64,000 bases of DNA, taken from assembly GCF_009914755.1 (NCBI RefSeq), contig NC_060944.1; one strand, written 5' to 3'. Of the stretch, positions 38,378 through 48,900 are shown piece by piece. Made by a program: the position numbers and the translations under genes. The first letter of the stretch is position 1. The number at the start of each line of letters is the position of its first letter. This DNA is from the human T2T-CHM13v2.0 reference genome, Homo sapiens. Under the pieces are notes generated by a model, which saw only the letters and a program-made list of their open reading frames with translations, had not been told where the DNA came from and made no database searches.

Positions 38378-38553
38378 CAGGCGCTTCTGAGGCCGAACGA
38401 GCGGCCGGTTGACGCCATTCATCTTGTGGTAGAGGCCGCAGGCATTGCACAGGTAGTGGCCGGTGCCGTCTCGGCGCCACAGCGGTGTGGACAGGGCCCC
38501 GCAGTTGACACACTCACGACCCTCACCCGGGAACTCCTCCAAGAAGTCGGACA
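38378..38553 (-). CDS. GATA5: GATA5 exon 3, N-terminal zinc finger
   Basis: [34 protein letters not shown]; acceptor CCCTCAG|, donor CTG|GTGAGT; phase 1 joins exon 2. Confidence 0.98.
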
Positions 38554-39973
38554 CTGAGGGGACAGGCAGCTGGTGGGCCCGGGCCCTCCCCTCCCCAGGA
38601 TCCTCCCCAGCTCATGGGCCGGCACCCTCCCCTCCCCAGGAGCCTGGCGGCTTTCGTCAGACGAATAAACTTAAGGCACAAATCTTGTGCCTTAGATGTA
38701 TTTTATTTTAAAATTTATTTGCTTACTTCATCTTATTTTTAAATTTTTAATTCACATACGATAAAATTCGCTAGGGTTGGTTTTTCGAGGATGGGGTGTT
38801 AATAAACAGAACCTGAAGACAGACACCTGGGACTCCCGGCTCCGGGACCGGGGGCCAGCACTGGCCTCTGCCTGTTTGACCTGCTGGGAAAGCAGGGTGT
38901 CTACACTGGCGGGGGTGGTGGATGAAGTGGTGTCTACACTGGCAGGGGAGGGATGAAGGGGCTTTATCTGGCAGACACTCTTGGGCGCCCCTGGGCTCTC
39001 CTGGGAACGCTAACCCCGCTGTCCTCCTGTTCTGCAAAGCGGGTCCATGACAGGGGTGGGGGGTTGGGAGGGTGGAGGAGGTGCCTTCTGTCAGCTTGGC
39101 TGTGGTCGCAACCAGTGTCCTTCCTTTAGAAGGCCAGCCCCGCCTCACAGCCCCCTGGGGCCGGGCTTCGCACACTGTGCGGCTGGGGGTGGAGGTCTTC
39201 CTGGTCCCCTCCAGGCCCGGCCCGGCGCCGGCGCGAGGGAGGCCCGGGCGCCGAGTGGGGGTGGGGCAGGGATCAATCATCGCCCCGCCGGGGGTGGGCG
39301 CCAGCAGCCGGGCTGTCCAGGGAGGCGGGGGCCAGGGGTCCTGCGGATGCCGCTGCGCCCGCTTCCTGCGCCAAAGGGCCGGCGGGGTCCCAAAGGCAGC
39401 TCCGGAGCTGGGTGTCGAGGCCTCCAAGGTCCCGGAGGGACGGGATGGGCCCCTGCGGAGCTCAGAGGAGCCGCCTTCGCCAGAAAGTGACTACGCTGCA
39501 ACCGGGAAGAGCCGCTCCCCTCACAGGCCGAGAATCCGATTCTCCAAACTGATACTCGGGAAGCGACTGAAACCAGGTCTCAAATTAAAATCAGTAAACG
39601 TCCTAGAACCGAGACGAATGTGGCCACTTAAATAAACCGATGTTTTGGGCTTTATAAAAATCGTTTCCAAAACTTTTCAAAAACAAAAACAAAAACGATT
39701 AAGACTTTTGAGGCTCCACATTGGCACAATCCGGAATGCTGTTTGGAAATAGATGTTCCTTCTCATTAACAGGTTAAAACAGAATTCTGGATGGGTGTTT
39801 CCCGTGCGGGGTGTTACCCAGGTTTACTCGTCTCGCCCCGGGGCTGCTGGTGTCGCTCCTGGCAGGGAGGCTCGGACCGTGGGGGAGGATGAGGGGAGCG
39901 TTTCGCAGGGTGCGGGTTTGCACCCGGATTCGGCCGCTCCTGGGCCCCGAGACTGTGGAGCCCCCGCACTCAC

Positions 39974-40496
39974 CGAAGGTGGGCCTGCGGCCTGGGAGGC
40001 CGTGCAGGACGCTGCCATCGAAGGGCCCGGCAGTCCAGGACTGGGCCACGTCGGGGCTCACGTAGGCCGGGTAGGTGGCGGAGTACGAGGTCCCCACCGG
40101 CCGCCCAAGCGGGGCCGCGAACTGTTCTCGAGGCAACAGCGCGCCCTGGTAGGCACTGCCGTCTCGGCCCCCCGCGCTGCCGCCGCTGCCGGGCCCCGAG
40201 GGGCTGTGCGCGAAAGGGAAGGCGGTGGCCCCGGGCGGGTGCGCGGCTGGGGGGTGCGGACTGCCCGGGCCGAAGGCCGACGAATCCGCGGTGGCTGTCT
40301 GCGCCCAGCCGGGGCGCGCAGCGAGCTCGGGGGGCTGCGGGCTCGGCTCACACCCGGACAGGTAGGACAGCATCGAGGGGACGCGCGCCGGCGGCACAAA
40401 CATCGGAGAGCCGGCGCCCGGAGCGTGCAGGAAGGAGCCCGAGTCGGCGTAGGCGGCCTGGCGGGGGCTCGCGGCCAGCGCCAGGCTCTGGTACAT
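39974..40496 (-). CDS. GATA5: GATA5 exon 2 coding part (N-terminal transactivation region, aa 1-174); exon starts at 40517
   Basis: ATG at 40496, MYQSLALAA... typical of the GATA4/5/6 N-terminus. Acceptor CTTCCCTGCAG| before 40517; donor TCG|GTGAGT at 39974. Confidence 0.97.
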
Positions 40497-40904
40497 CCTC
40501 CCAGGCGTGGTCTTGACCTGCAGGGAAGAGGGACAGGTGTGGAGGTCACGGGAGCTCTGCGCCCTCCGCCAGCGCCCGAGCTTATGCCGGGCAGGTGCCG
40601 CCGCTTCGGGCAGCGCTTCCCAGTCCCCAGCCCGGGACGTTCGCGGGGCGGGTCCCCGAACCCGAGGGAGAGGAACCGCGGGGATGGGAGAGGCCAGCGC
40701 GTCATCCCCGGGGCAGTCACAACGCCGAGCCCACCTCCTCCCCGACCGGGCTTCGGAGGTCCCCGGGGTGAGCTCGGTGGGGGCCTGGGAAGGACGGGCC
40801 TGGCGCGGCCGCAGGACGCAGGGCCTGGAGAGCGGGGCCCCGCCGCGCTGGGAGGGGCCGGGTGGGGAGGGGCGCGCGGCTGCAGCCCGGGCTGGAGCAC
40901 TCAC

Positions 40905-40970
40905 CAGCGGGCAGGGAGGGCGGCAGGGCACGGCGGTGGCGGTGGGTCGGCGACCGGCGGGCCGAAGACT
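40905..40970 (-). other. GATA5: GATA5 non-coding exon 1
   Basis: Strong donor CTG|GTGAGT at 40905/40904, directly downstream of GC boxes within the CpG island. 5' end approximate. Confidence 0.8.
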
Positions 40971-40999
40971 GGAAGCCCGGGCCGCTGAGGCTCCGCAGC

Positions 41000-41112
41000 C
41001 CCCTCCGCGCCGCCCCGGCCCGCCCCCGCCGCGCCGCCCCTTCCCTCCCCGCGCCCGCCCCTTCTTCCCCGCAGGGTCAGCGCTGGGGCTCCGGCCGTAG
41101 AGCCACGTGACC
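41000..41112 (-). promoter_or_regulatory. GATA5 proximal promoter: GC boxes and E-box (GTCACGTG)
   Basis: Several GGGGCGG motifs on the minus strand at 41000-41060; CACGTG at 41104-41109 in a USF/MiT-type context; no TATA box. Confidence 0.7.
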
Positions 41113-41802
41113 CTGGCAGGCCCTGCTCGCGGGGCTTGGCGACAAGGACGCACGACACGGGGCGGCCAGCGCGGAGCCCGGACCAGTGCAGCTAGACGGG
41201 CGGGCCGAGGGCTTCGTGGGCCCCGGGGAGTCGGGCGCAGAGACTTCTCCAAGTTTGTGCGAGTCCCGAGCCCTCTGCCTCCCTGCCCCGGCCCCCGCCG
41301 AAGGCTGGCCTAAAGACGGGCTCCGTGTCTGGTGGCTGAGTCGGTGATCCCGGCCCCGCTCACCGATGGACACGCGGCGGTGGAACCCCGTGGGCCCCCT
41401 CGTTGCGTGGCCGCACCCGGGGCTCGGTGCAGGGAACCGGCTTCCATAGGGACGGCCGGCTCGGGTCGCTGGACTGGGACGGGGTGCACTGGCGGGAGCC
41501 CCGCGATTTCCTCGGTTTCTGAGCAAGCGGGGCCACAAGGCTCGGGGTCCCAGTGGGAGGTGGGCAGGGTCCAGCCTCTAAGGCCCGATCTGGGTGCCAG
41601 GCTCGAAGGCCCCAACCCCGGTGGGGCTCTCAGCCGGCTCTCGGGGACTCGGGAAGAGTTTCCTCCAGGCGCCAGAAATGCGTGTGGGTAGGAGGCGACC
41701 CAGGTCAGGGAACCGTGTCCCGCTCGCACTCCCGGTGAGGGCTGCATGGAGGCGCCGCTGCCGCGGAGCAGCTCCGCAGGTTGCGGGAAACGGAACGGCG
41801 GG

Positions 41803-41862
41803 CTCGGAGCACACCGGGTGGACCCAGGCTTGGCGGCCATGAAAGTTCTTTTTTTCTTTTTT

Positions 41863-41898
<36 letters not shown>

Positions 41899-41899
41899 T

Positions 41900-41931
<32 letters not shown>

Positions 41932-42079
41932 TTCTTTCTTTCTTTCTTTTTTCTTTCTCGGAGCACACCGGGTGGACCCAGGCTTGGCGGCCATGAAAGT
42001 TCTTTTTTCTTTCTTCCTTCCTTTCTTTCTTTCTTTCTTTCTTTCCTTCCTTCCTTCCTTCCTTCCTTCCTTCCTTCCT

Positions 42080-42111
<32 letters not shown>

Positions 42112-42217
42112 TTCTTTCTTTCTTTCTTTCTTTCTTTCTCGGAGCACACCGGGTGGACCCAGGCGTGGTGGCCATGAAAGTTCTTTTTTCTTTCTTCCTT
42201 CCTTCCTTCCTTCCTTC

Positions 42218-42304
<87 letters not shown>

Positions 42305-42346
42305 TCCTCCCTCCCTCCCTCCCTCCCTCCCTCCCTTCCTTCCTTT
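41803..42346. repeat. Three copies of a ~48-bp unique unit, each followed by (TTTC)n/(TTCC)n microsatellite
   Basis: CTCGGAGCACACCGGGTGGACCCAGGC(T/G)TGG(C/T)GGCCATGAAAGTTCTT at 41803, 41957 and 42138. Confidence 0.93.
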
Positions 42347-42611
42347 TGCGGAGTCTCGCTCTGTCTCCCAGGCTGGAGTGCAGCGGCGCGATCTCAGCTC
42401 ACCGCCTCCCAGGTTCAAGCGATTCTCCTGCCTCAGCTTCCTGAGTAGCTAGGACTACAGGCACCCGCCACCACACCCGGCTAATTTTTGTATTTTTAGT
42501 AGAGACGGGGTTTCACCATGTTGGTCAGGCTGGTCTCATCGAGCTCCTGACCTCAGATGATCCGCCCGCCTCAGCCTCCCAAAGTGCTGGGATTACAGGC
42601 GGGAGCCACCG
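42347..42611 (-). mobile_element. AluS-type element, slightly 5'-truncated, TSD CATGAAAGTTCTT
   Basis: Alu consensus; TSD copy at 42612-42624 and at the end of each upstream repeat unit. Confidence 0.9.
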
Positions 42612-45099
42612 CATGAAAGTTCTTCCTTGCAGAAACGGGCCCTCAACTCCTGTCAGTCAGGGCTCGGAGAGGACGCTGGTGAAGGGTGAAGACCTGGGAA
42701 GGCAGGAAGGCGGCGATGTGGGGCCGTCGGGGTGGGTGTCACTGGATCCCCCCCACGGGGGTCTGGACAGCCGGCGCTGTCCGTCTGGGAAGAGCTGGGG
42801 TGCCCCACATGCGCCCTTATTCCTGGCCTTTCCTCTTCGCCCACAGCAGATAAGGATTCAGGGTGCTTGTGGAGGCGTCCAGGGTCCCTGCGTCTGGGAA
42901 GGCAGCAGGCTGAAGCCCCTGGTCTGTGGTGGACTTGGGACCCCACAGACGGTTCCGCAGCAGGTTCAGGCCTGTGCAGGAGAGGGTGCAGCGCGGCAGG
43001 CTGGGGTGGGGGTCGGCTGCCATTGGGGTAGGGAGCTAGGCGACCTTCCGTTACCCCTTTACCAGCTCCCAGCCCCTCCTCGCCAGCTTCCCACCAGATG
43101 CTCCCTCCTTTCCTGTCCTCAGAAGCCTGGTTGCTGCTTGCCCTGTGTGGACTCCCCTGCCTTCTGCTCTCCCGGCACTCTGGGTCTCCGCGAGGGTCTC
43201 TCTTTGACCCCACACGTGCAGACTTTGTCTGTGGATGGCAGTGCACTCCACGAAGGGGTGGAGAGGTGCCGGGGCCTCGGTGCGGGCGAGAGGGCGCAGT
43301 GCAGTCCAAGCGGCTGCAGAGGGCTCTAGCGCAGCAAAGCTGGTTGGACCCAAGCTCTGACCCCTCTGCCCTCAAAGCCCGGGTTACCGAGCCCTCATGA
43401 GCACCAAGAACGAAGAGAAGTAAAAAGGGACACTTGTGACCTGCTGGGGGCTGAGCCACCGCTAACCCCAAGAAAAGTCTAGAGAACAAGAAAAGAACCA
43501 CAGCAAACCTGGGACCCTGCAGGACGAATCGGGGAGGGATTCGTGCTTTTTACTTGCAATAAAATCTGTAAAGTTCTTGAATAGGAAACACCAACATTGC
43601 CCGGGTGCTGTGCTTTGTCCTGACATTTCCATTTAGTCCTCACATCAGTCTTATGCAACAGATCACATTATCATTCCTATATACAGATGGAGAAATGGAG
43701 CGCAGAGAGGTGAGCTAACCTGCCCCAGGCCACACAGCTAGCAATTAAACAAGCCAATTAAAACAAAGAAGGGAGTCTCTGAGTGATAGTGGTTGGTTGC
43801 TTTCTTGAGTTAATAAATATCTACAATGGACATTTGTATTAAACCCTGGGCCTCCATGAAGGGCGGGGAAGGGAAAATTTACCCTTCGAAGGCTCCTCCG
43901 AGGCGGCGCCCCACACAAGGCAGGACAGGGCTGGGGGTCCGGGGCTGTTCTGGTCACTTGGTGCCCTGCTAGGCGAGTCACAAGCTCACCTGCTCTGCAG
44001 CAGCAGCAGAAGCCACTGGTGGCGTGTTTTCCACGTGGATCCAGCTGCCTCCACAGTGACTGGTGGGGGTGGGCACCCATCCGTGGGGGTTGTCTGTGAC
44101 AGTATCTGGACCCCCTCTCAGACCTGTTTCTACTTGAGCCAAAAAGTGAGGAGTCTCGGCTCAAACCTCAAAACCCAGGTGCCCCCGACGTCCTCGATCC
44201 CCACGAACCATGCTTCCGTGCAGCTCTCCACTCCCGGTGCTCTGGGCCCCTCAGGAAGGAGGTGGCCCCTGAGCCAGGTGACCCAGTCCACCAGGCTACC
44301 CCACCCAGCAGCAAGCCCTCTTCTCCCCTGGACCCCGCCCATGCTGCTTCCTGAATGGGCCCTTTGCCCTCTTCTCTTCTTGCCAAACTCCTACACATCC
44401 TTCAAGGCCCGTCTTGCAGGTCCCTTCCTGTCCCTTCCCCTACGTTGCTCTCCCCTTCCTGGTGCCTCATTGTGCGGTGTGGTCAGATGGCTGTGTGCCT
44501 CCGTCTTGTCACCTTAGCAGAAGCTGAGTCAGGAGAACAGCTTCAGGAACAGCGGGTCAGGGCATCGAGCGGGCACAGTCAGAACTTTGGGACTCAGCGT
44601 TGGCATCTCCGGGCTGTGTGGCCTTGGGTGAGCTGCTTCTTCTGTAAGGTGGGGGTGATGATAGTGCCTGCCTCTCACGGTGGCTTTGGGGAGGCATTAG
44701 TGGGACTGGGTACTAAGGGCGTCTGACCCGGGATGGGCATGCAGCAGGCATTGGGCTAATGCTGTCTGAGATAAAACCCAGTGCAGGGATGGAGGCTCTG
44801 AGCTGTGTGCCCAGGGCCCTGAGAGCCGGGGAGCCAGGGGAAGTGACAAAGACCAGGAAGGAATTTCTGGCCCTGCCATGGGTGACCCCTCTCTCCTGAA
44901 GGCTTCCCTGGTTCACCGGGACCCAGGGACCTGCCATGGCTGGCCTGGGAAGACACACCTCTAAGGCGGGGACCCCACCCCCAGTGAGATAAGAGGGTGG
45001 GCATGTTAACCCCCTGGTGACCATACAGAGTTAAGTTCCATGAGTCCTGGGCTGTGAGGGGCTTCTGGGGGCCTGAGTGGCCTGGGGTGCGGCTGGGCT

Positions 45100-45240
45100 G
45101 AGAGGGGGCAGGTGTTGGGGGGTGGCTGGGGTGAGAGGGGGCAGGTGTTGGGGGGTGGCTGGGGTGAGAGGGGGCAGGTGTTTGGGTGGGGCTGGGGTGA
45201 GAGGGGGCAGGTGTTGGGGGGGCTGGCATTGGGGTTGGGG
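45100..45240. repeat. 33-bp G-rich minisatellite x4
   Basis: GAGAGGGGGCAGGTGTTGGGGGGTGGCTGGGGT units. Confidence 0.88.
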
Positions 45241-48200
45241 GAGGAAGGCTCAAACCATCAGGCTCTGGGTTTCGTTTCCTGCTGTCATTTTCCTAGCAGT
45301 GCCCACATACCCCCCCATCCTGCCCGCCCCCAGCTTGGGAACCCTTAACTCAGACATACTTATCAAGGGAAAGAAAACAGTCTCATTGTTCAGGAGGATA
45401 AGGACCAGCTCCCAGGAGACGCCTCAGACACGGCCCCTGTGGGTGGAGTCCTGGGTACATGGCCTCCCCCAGGGGCCTTGTTCTCTGCCCAGGAACGGCC
45501 CCAGGGAGGGCCCTTCCCAGAAGCAGTCCTGGGCAGGGCCCCCTTGAGGAGCAGCCCTGGCAGGTGGGTCCTCGCCTTGTACGCTGCCTGCAGGTGCTGG
45601 ATGCTCCACATGTGGGCACCGGGGATGGTCCCACTTGAGGCTTTGAGCTCCGGCGAGGCCACCCTCTGTCCAGCCAGGGGGAGGGTGCCTCTGAGAAGGG
45701 GGCTGTCAGAGTTGCCTGAGGAGGGGGCTGGGATGACCCCTATCAATCCCAGTCCTGGGGTTCCTTGGCTCTTGTCCCTCCCTGCAAGTGGGGAGGCCAT
45801 GAGAAGTTGTGGGGAAAGGCCCCAGAGACCCCAGGGCAGGGAAGGAGGCCTGGGGGCTGTGCTGGGGCCTGGAAGGGGGAGGCCTTGTGCTGCTCCCTGT
45901 GGTCTGACGGGCAGGAGGTTAGAGGGAGGGGCAGGCCTGCTTCCAGCAGGGTGGTCAGTGCAGGGCAGTCAGCGCAGGGCGGAGGTCTGTGTTCTCCTTG
46001 GTTATTTCAGGTAAACCGCATGCCCCGGGCCCCCAGAGTGGGAGAAAAGCCAGTTCATGGCCCTCTCCCCACCTTCAGCACTGCCCCTCCCCCCAGTCTC
46101 CACCCTGGCAGGGCTGTGGGGCCCGGGGCATCAGCTGAGCCCACTGGGCCCACAGCACCCTCAGGACCTCGCCACCCCTTGGGACCCACAGGGTAGCATT
46201 CCAGGGCTTCTCCTACACAGGGGGCTCCATTCGCCCGAAGGCCAAGGACTGCAGAGCTCATCAATGGTGAGGGGGGCCCGGGAGGTGGGTGCCTTGGGGG
46301 TGGTCCCAACTGGGTGGGGTTGGGGAGCCTGGGGGCACCATACGGGTATAAGAATTCATTTTGGACACAGTGTGTGTCCCCTTCTGCGGAACCTTTGAGC
46401 TCAATAGCCCAAGGGCAGGCCAGGCTCACCGCCCCTTTGGCTGTTGCCACTCTGGGTCAGTCTCCAGGGGCAAGGACAGGTTGGCAGTGTCCCCCCTCTG
46501 CCTGACTCCAGTCTGGGCATTTCTGGAGCATCCTGTGCGCCTGGCTCAGCCCAGCAAGCTGACATTTGAAAGCTCACAGCTGTCCTGTGAGGTGGGTGAT
46601 TCCCGTGTCGTTTCATGGTGAAGAAGCCAAGGCCAGGACAGAAGTGACCTGTCCCCGGGCCACAGCTGGGCAGGGGCGGAGTTGGCATTTGAACCCAGCT
46701 GCGTGCCTCTTGAGTGCTGCTCTGTGGGCCCCGCAGCCTCCTGTCAGCTCCTTCTGGCGCCTGCTCTGTGGGTGTTCCTTTTGTCTAAGGCGCCTGCAGC
46801 CCTCAGAGGGTCTGTGGGGTGGGGACAGAGCTCAGCACCCCGCATCCACCAGCACCATCTCCGACCTCTGTGCAGGCTTCGTGTTAGAGGTGGCAGCCAG
46901 GTCCTGCCAACGGAAGATGCTGGGCCTTGGAAACAGCCTGCACTGTAGGTGACCCGGCCGGCCGGGCCCAAACTGGCTGCCAAGAAAAGGGAGCGGGAAA
47001 GGAAAACAGCTCTCGGCCACATCGCCTGTGTAACCGAATCTGTTTTCAAAGCCCCTCGCAACGCGGGCTCCGCATTCGGCAGGGCAGGCACTCGCCGCCA
47101 GATCCCCGAGGACTGCTCAGGGGGTCTTCTGGGAGGAGCTCAAAGCGAGTTTGTTTTCGGGGAGGAGGTCATTGCACTCAAGGTCCCCGTGACTGCAGCG
47201 TTCTCAAACGTCCTGCCATGTGCTGGGATAACCCCACCCACCGCAGGCGTGCCCTCCGTGGGGCAGGGAGGGGAAGCAGGTTTGGGCTGTTAGGGCTGCA
47301 AGCCAAGGGGCCTGCAGGGCATCTTAGTGAGCTGCTTTGGTGTCCCTGCAGTTGGCGACACCCATTGTCACACCCCCTCGGCACCCTCGGTCTCCCACAT
47401 GACAGACTTACCTGGGGATGCAAACAGGGCTGGTGATGACCTTGGCCCTGTGCGGTGGGGTGGCCGTTTATGATGGGGCCTGCACTCAACTCACTTTCAG
47501 GTCTAGATGCGGGGACCGGGGGAGGTGTCAGCTGGGCTGGGCTGGGCACGACTAGACTGTGGCCCCGTCTGCGGGAGCCCGGCCACCACCTCAGCAACGC
47601 CACCTCCTTAGGATGTGGGGGCGGGATTTACTCTCGAGACTCTTAGAGCCAGCGGGTGGCTGGAGGCTCATAGCCTGGCCCAGGCAGCTGGGGGAGGGCT
47701 TTGCTGGTGCCTGGGACCCCCCACCCCCTGCATTCTCGCCTTTGCTTTCTCTTTTGCTCTCGTCTTTAACAACATCTCTCCACTCCTCCCCTCCCTCCCT
47801 CCTCTGGCCTGCCCGCTCCTTCATTCCTTCTCTGCTCCTAACCCCCGCATAGAGGAGCCTGGGGAGCCCGCAGCCTCCTGACCCCATGTTCCTCTTTCTC
47901 TCCTGTCTTCCTGGAGACGTCTGCCACTGACAGTCTTGGAGCCCTGTCAAGGGGACCTGTCCTGCGCTGGGCTGTCCACAGAGGAGCAGCGTGGAGGAGC
48001 TGGGAGTGCCCAGCCTGCCTGTGGGCTGCATTGCCGCTTCCTGCCCAGGAGCCCTGCAGCCGTCTGTCCGCCTCTGAGTAGGACAGTGGGGTTTCCTGGC
48101 CAGGAGCAGAGTTTGTCACATTCCAGTTATGTCTGCCCAATGTTCAGCTTTTGGTGAGTGTCAAAGAGTCAGCCCCACTCTGCGGGCGGGAGGGGACCTG

Positions 48201-48619
48201 AGATGTGAATCCAGGGGAGTTAAAAGGCTTCGGAAAGCATCCAAAAGTATAGAGAAAAAAAGGATAGTTGAGGGGCTGGGACGATGCAAGCCTTTTATTT
48301 TCATCCTTTAACTTTTTTTGCATTTCTGTATTTTCCACCATGAACAAAGCTCATTGATAATAGAGACTGAAATATTTCATGGATGATTCAAAGAGATAAT
48401 CTGAAAAGGGAAATAACGTTTTTCTAGGGTCTGGCTGAAGCTGCCCTGCGGATTATGCAAAAACCTGTCTGAGGGAGTGAGAACGCAGAGGCACCTTAGA
48501 GCCAGCCATGGCTCCAAGCTCTGAGGATCTGCAACAGACACACATTGGCTGGGCCTGAGCAAAGAGGGAAAGCCACTCTCCTTCAGCAACGAAGGAGTGG
48601 GGATAGCAAGGGCTGAGCT

Positions 48620-48900
48620 TGTACATGCACACCTGTGTGCAGCCACACACATACACCTGTGCACACACATGCATATGCTCATATATGTGCACACATGCAG
48701 GCCCGTGCTCACATGCATGCATACCTCTGTGCCCCCACACTTAATGCACATACATGTGCACATGCACACCTACACACATTCCTATGCACCCACCCAGTGC
48801 TCATGACAAACCTGTGTGTACTTACGTGTGTACATCCAGATGCACCCACACACTCGCACACATGCCTCTACGTGTACGCCCATGGGCACGTGTGCTCACA
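48620..48900. repeat. Degenerate (CA/TG)-rich alternating purine-pyrimidine tract
   Basis: CACACATGCATATGC-type low complexity. Confidence 0.8.

Larger units (their letters stand above)
39150..41850. promoter_or_regulatory. CpG island covering the GATA5 promoter, exon 1, intron 1 and exon 2
   Basis: Very high GC and CpG density by eye; boundaries approximate. Confidence 0.9.

Noticed and set aside
39753-41100. 411-aa and 197-aa plus-strand ORFs antisense to GATA5
   Set aside because: CpG-island composition suppresses stops; no recognisable domain.
41803-42346. CRISPR array (direct repeats with spacers)
   Set aside because: Human DNA with no cas genes; the spacers are microsatellites and the repeat ends in an Alu target-site duplication.
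41310-42452. K/E/R-rich and F/L/S-rich ORFs
   Set aside because: Translation of (TTTC)n microsatellites and Alu sequence.
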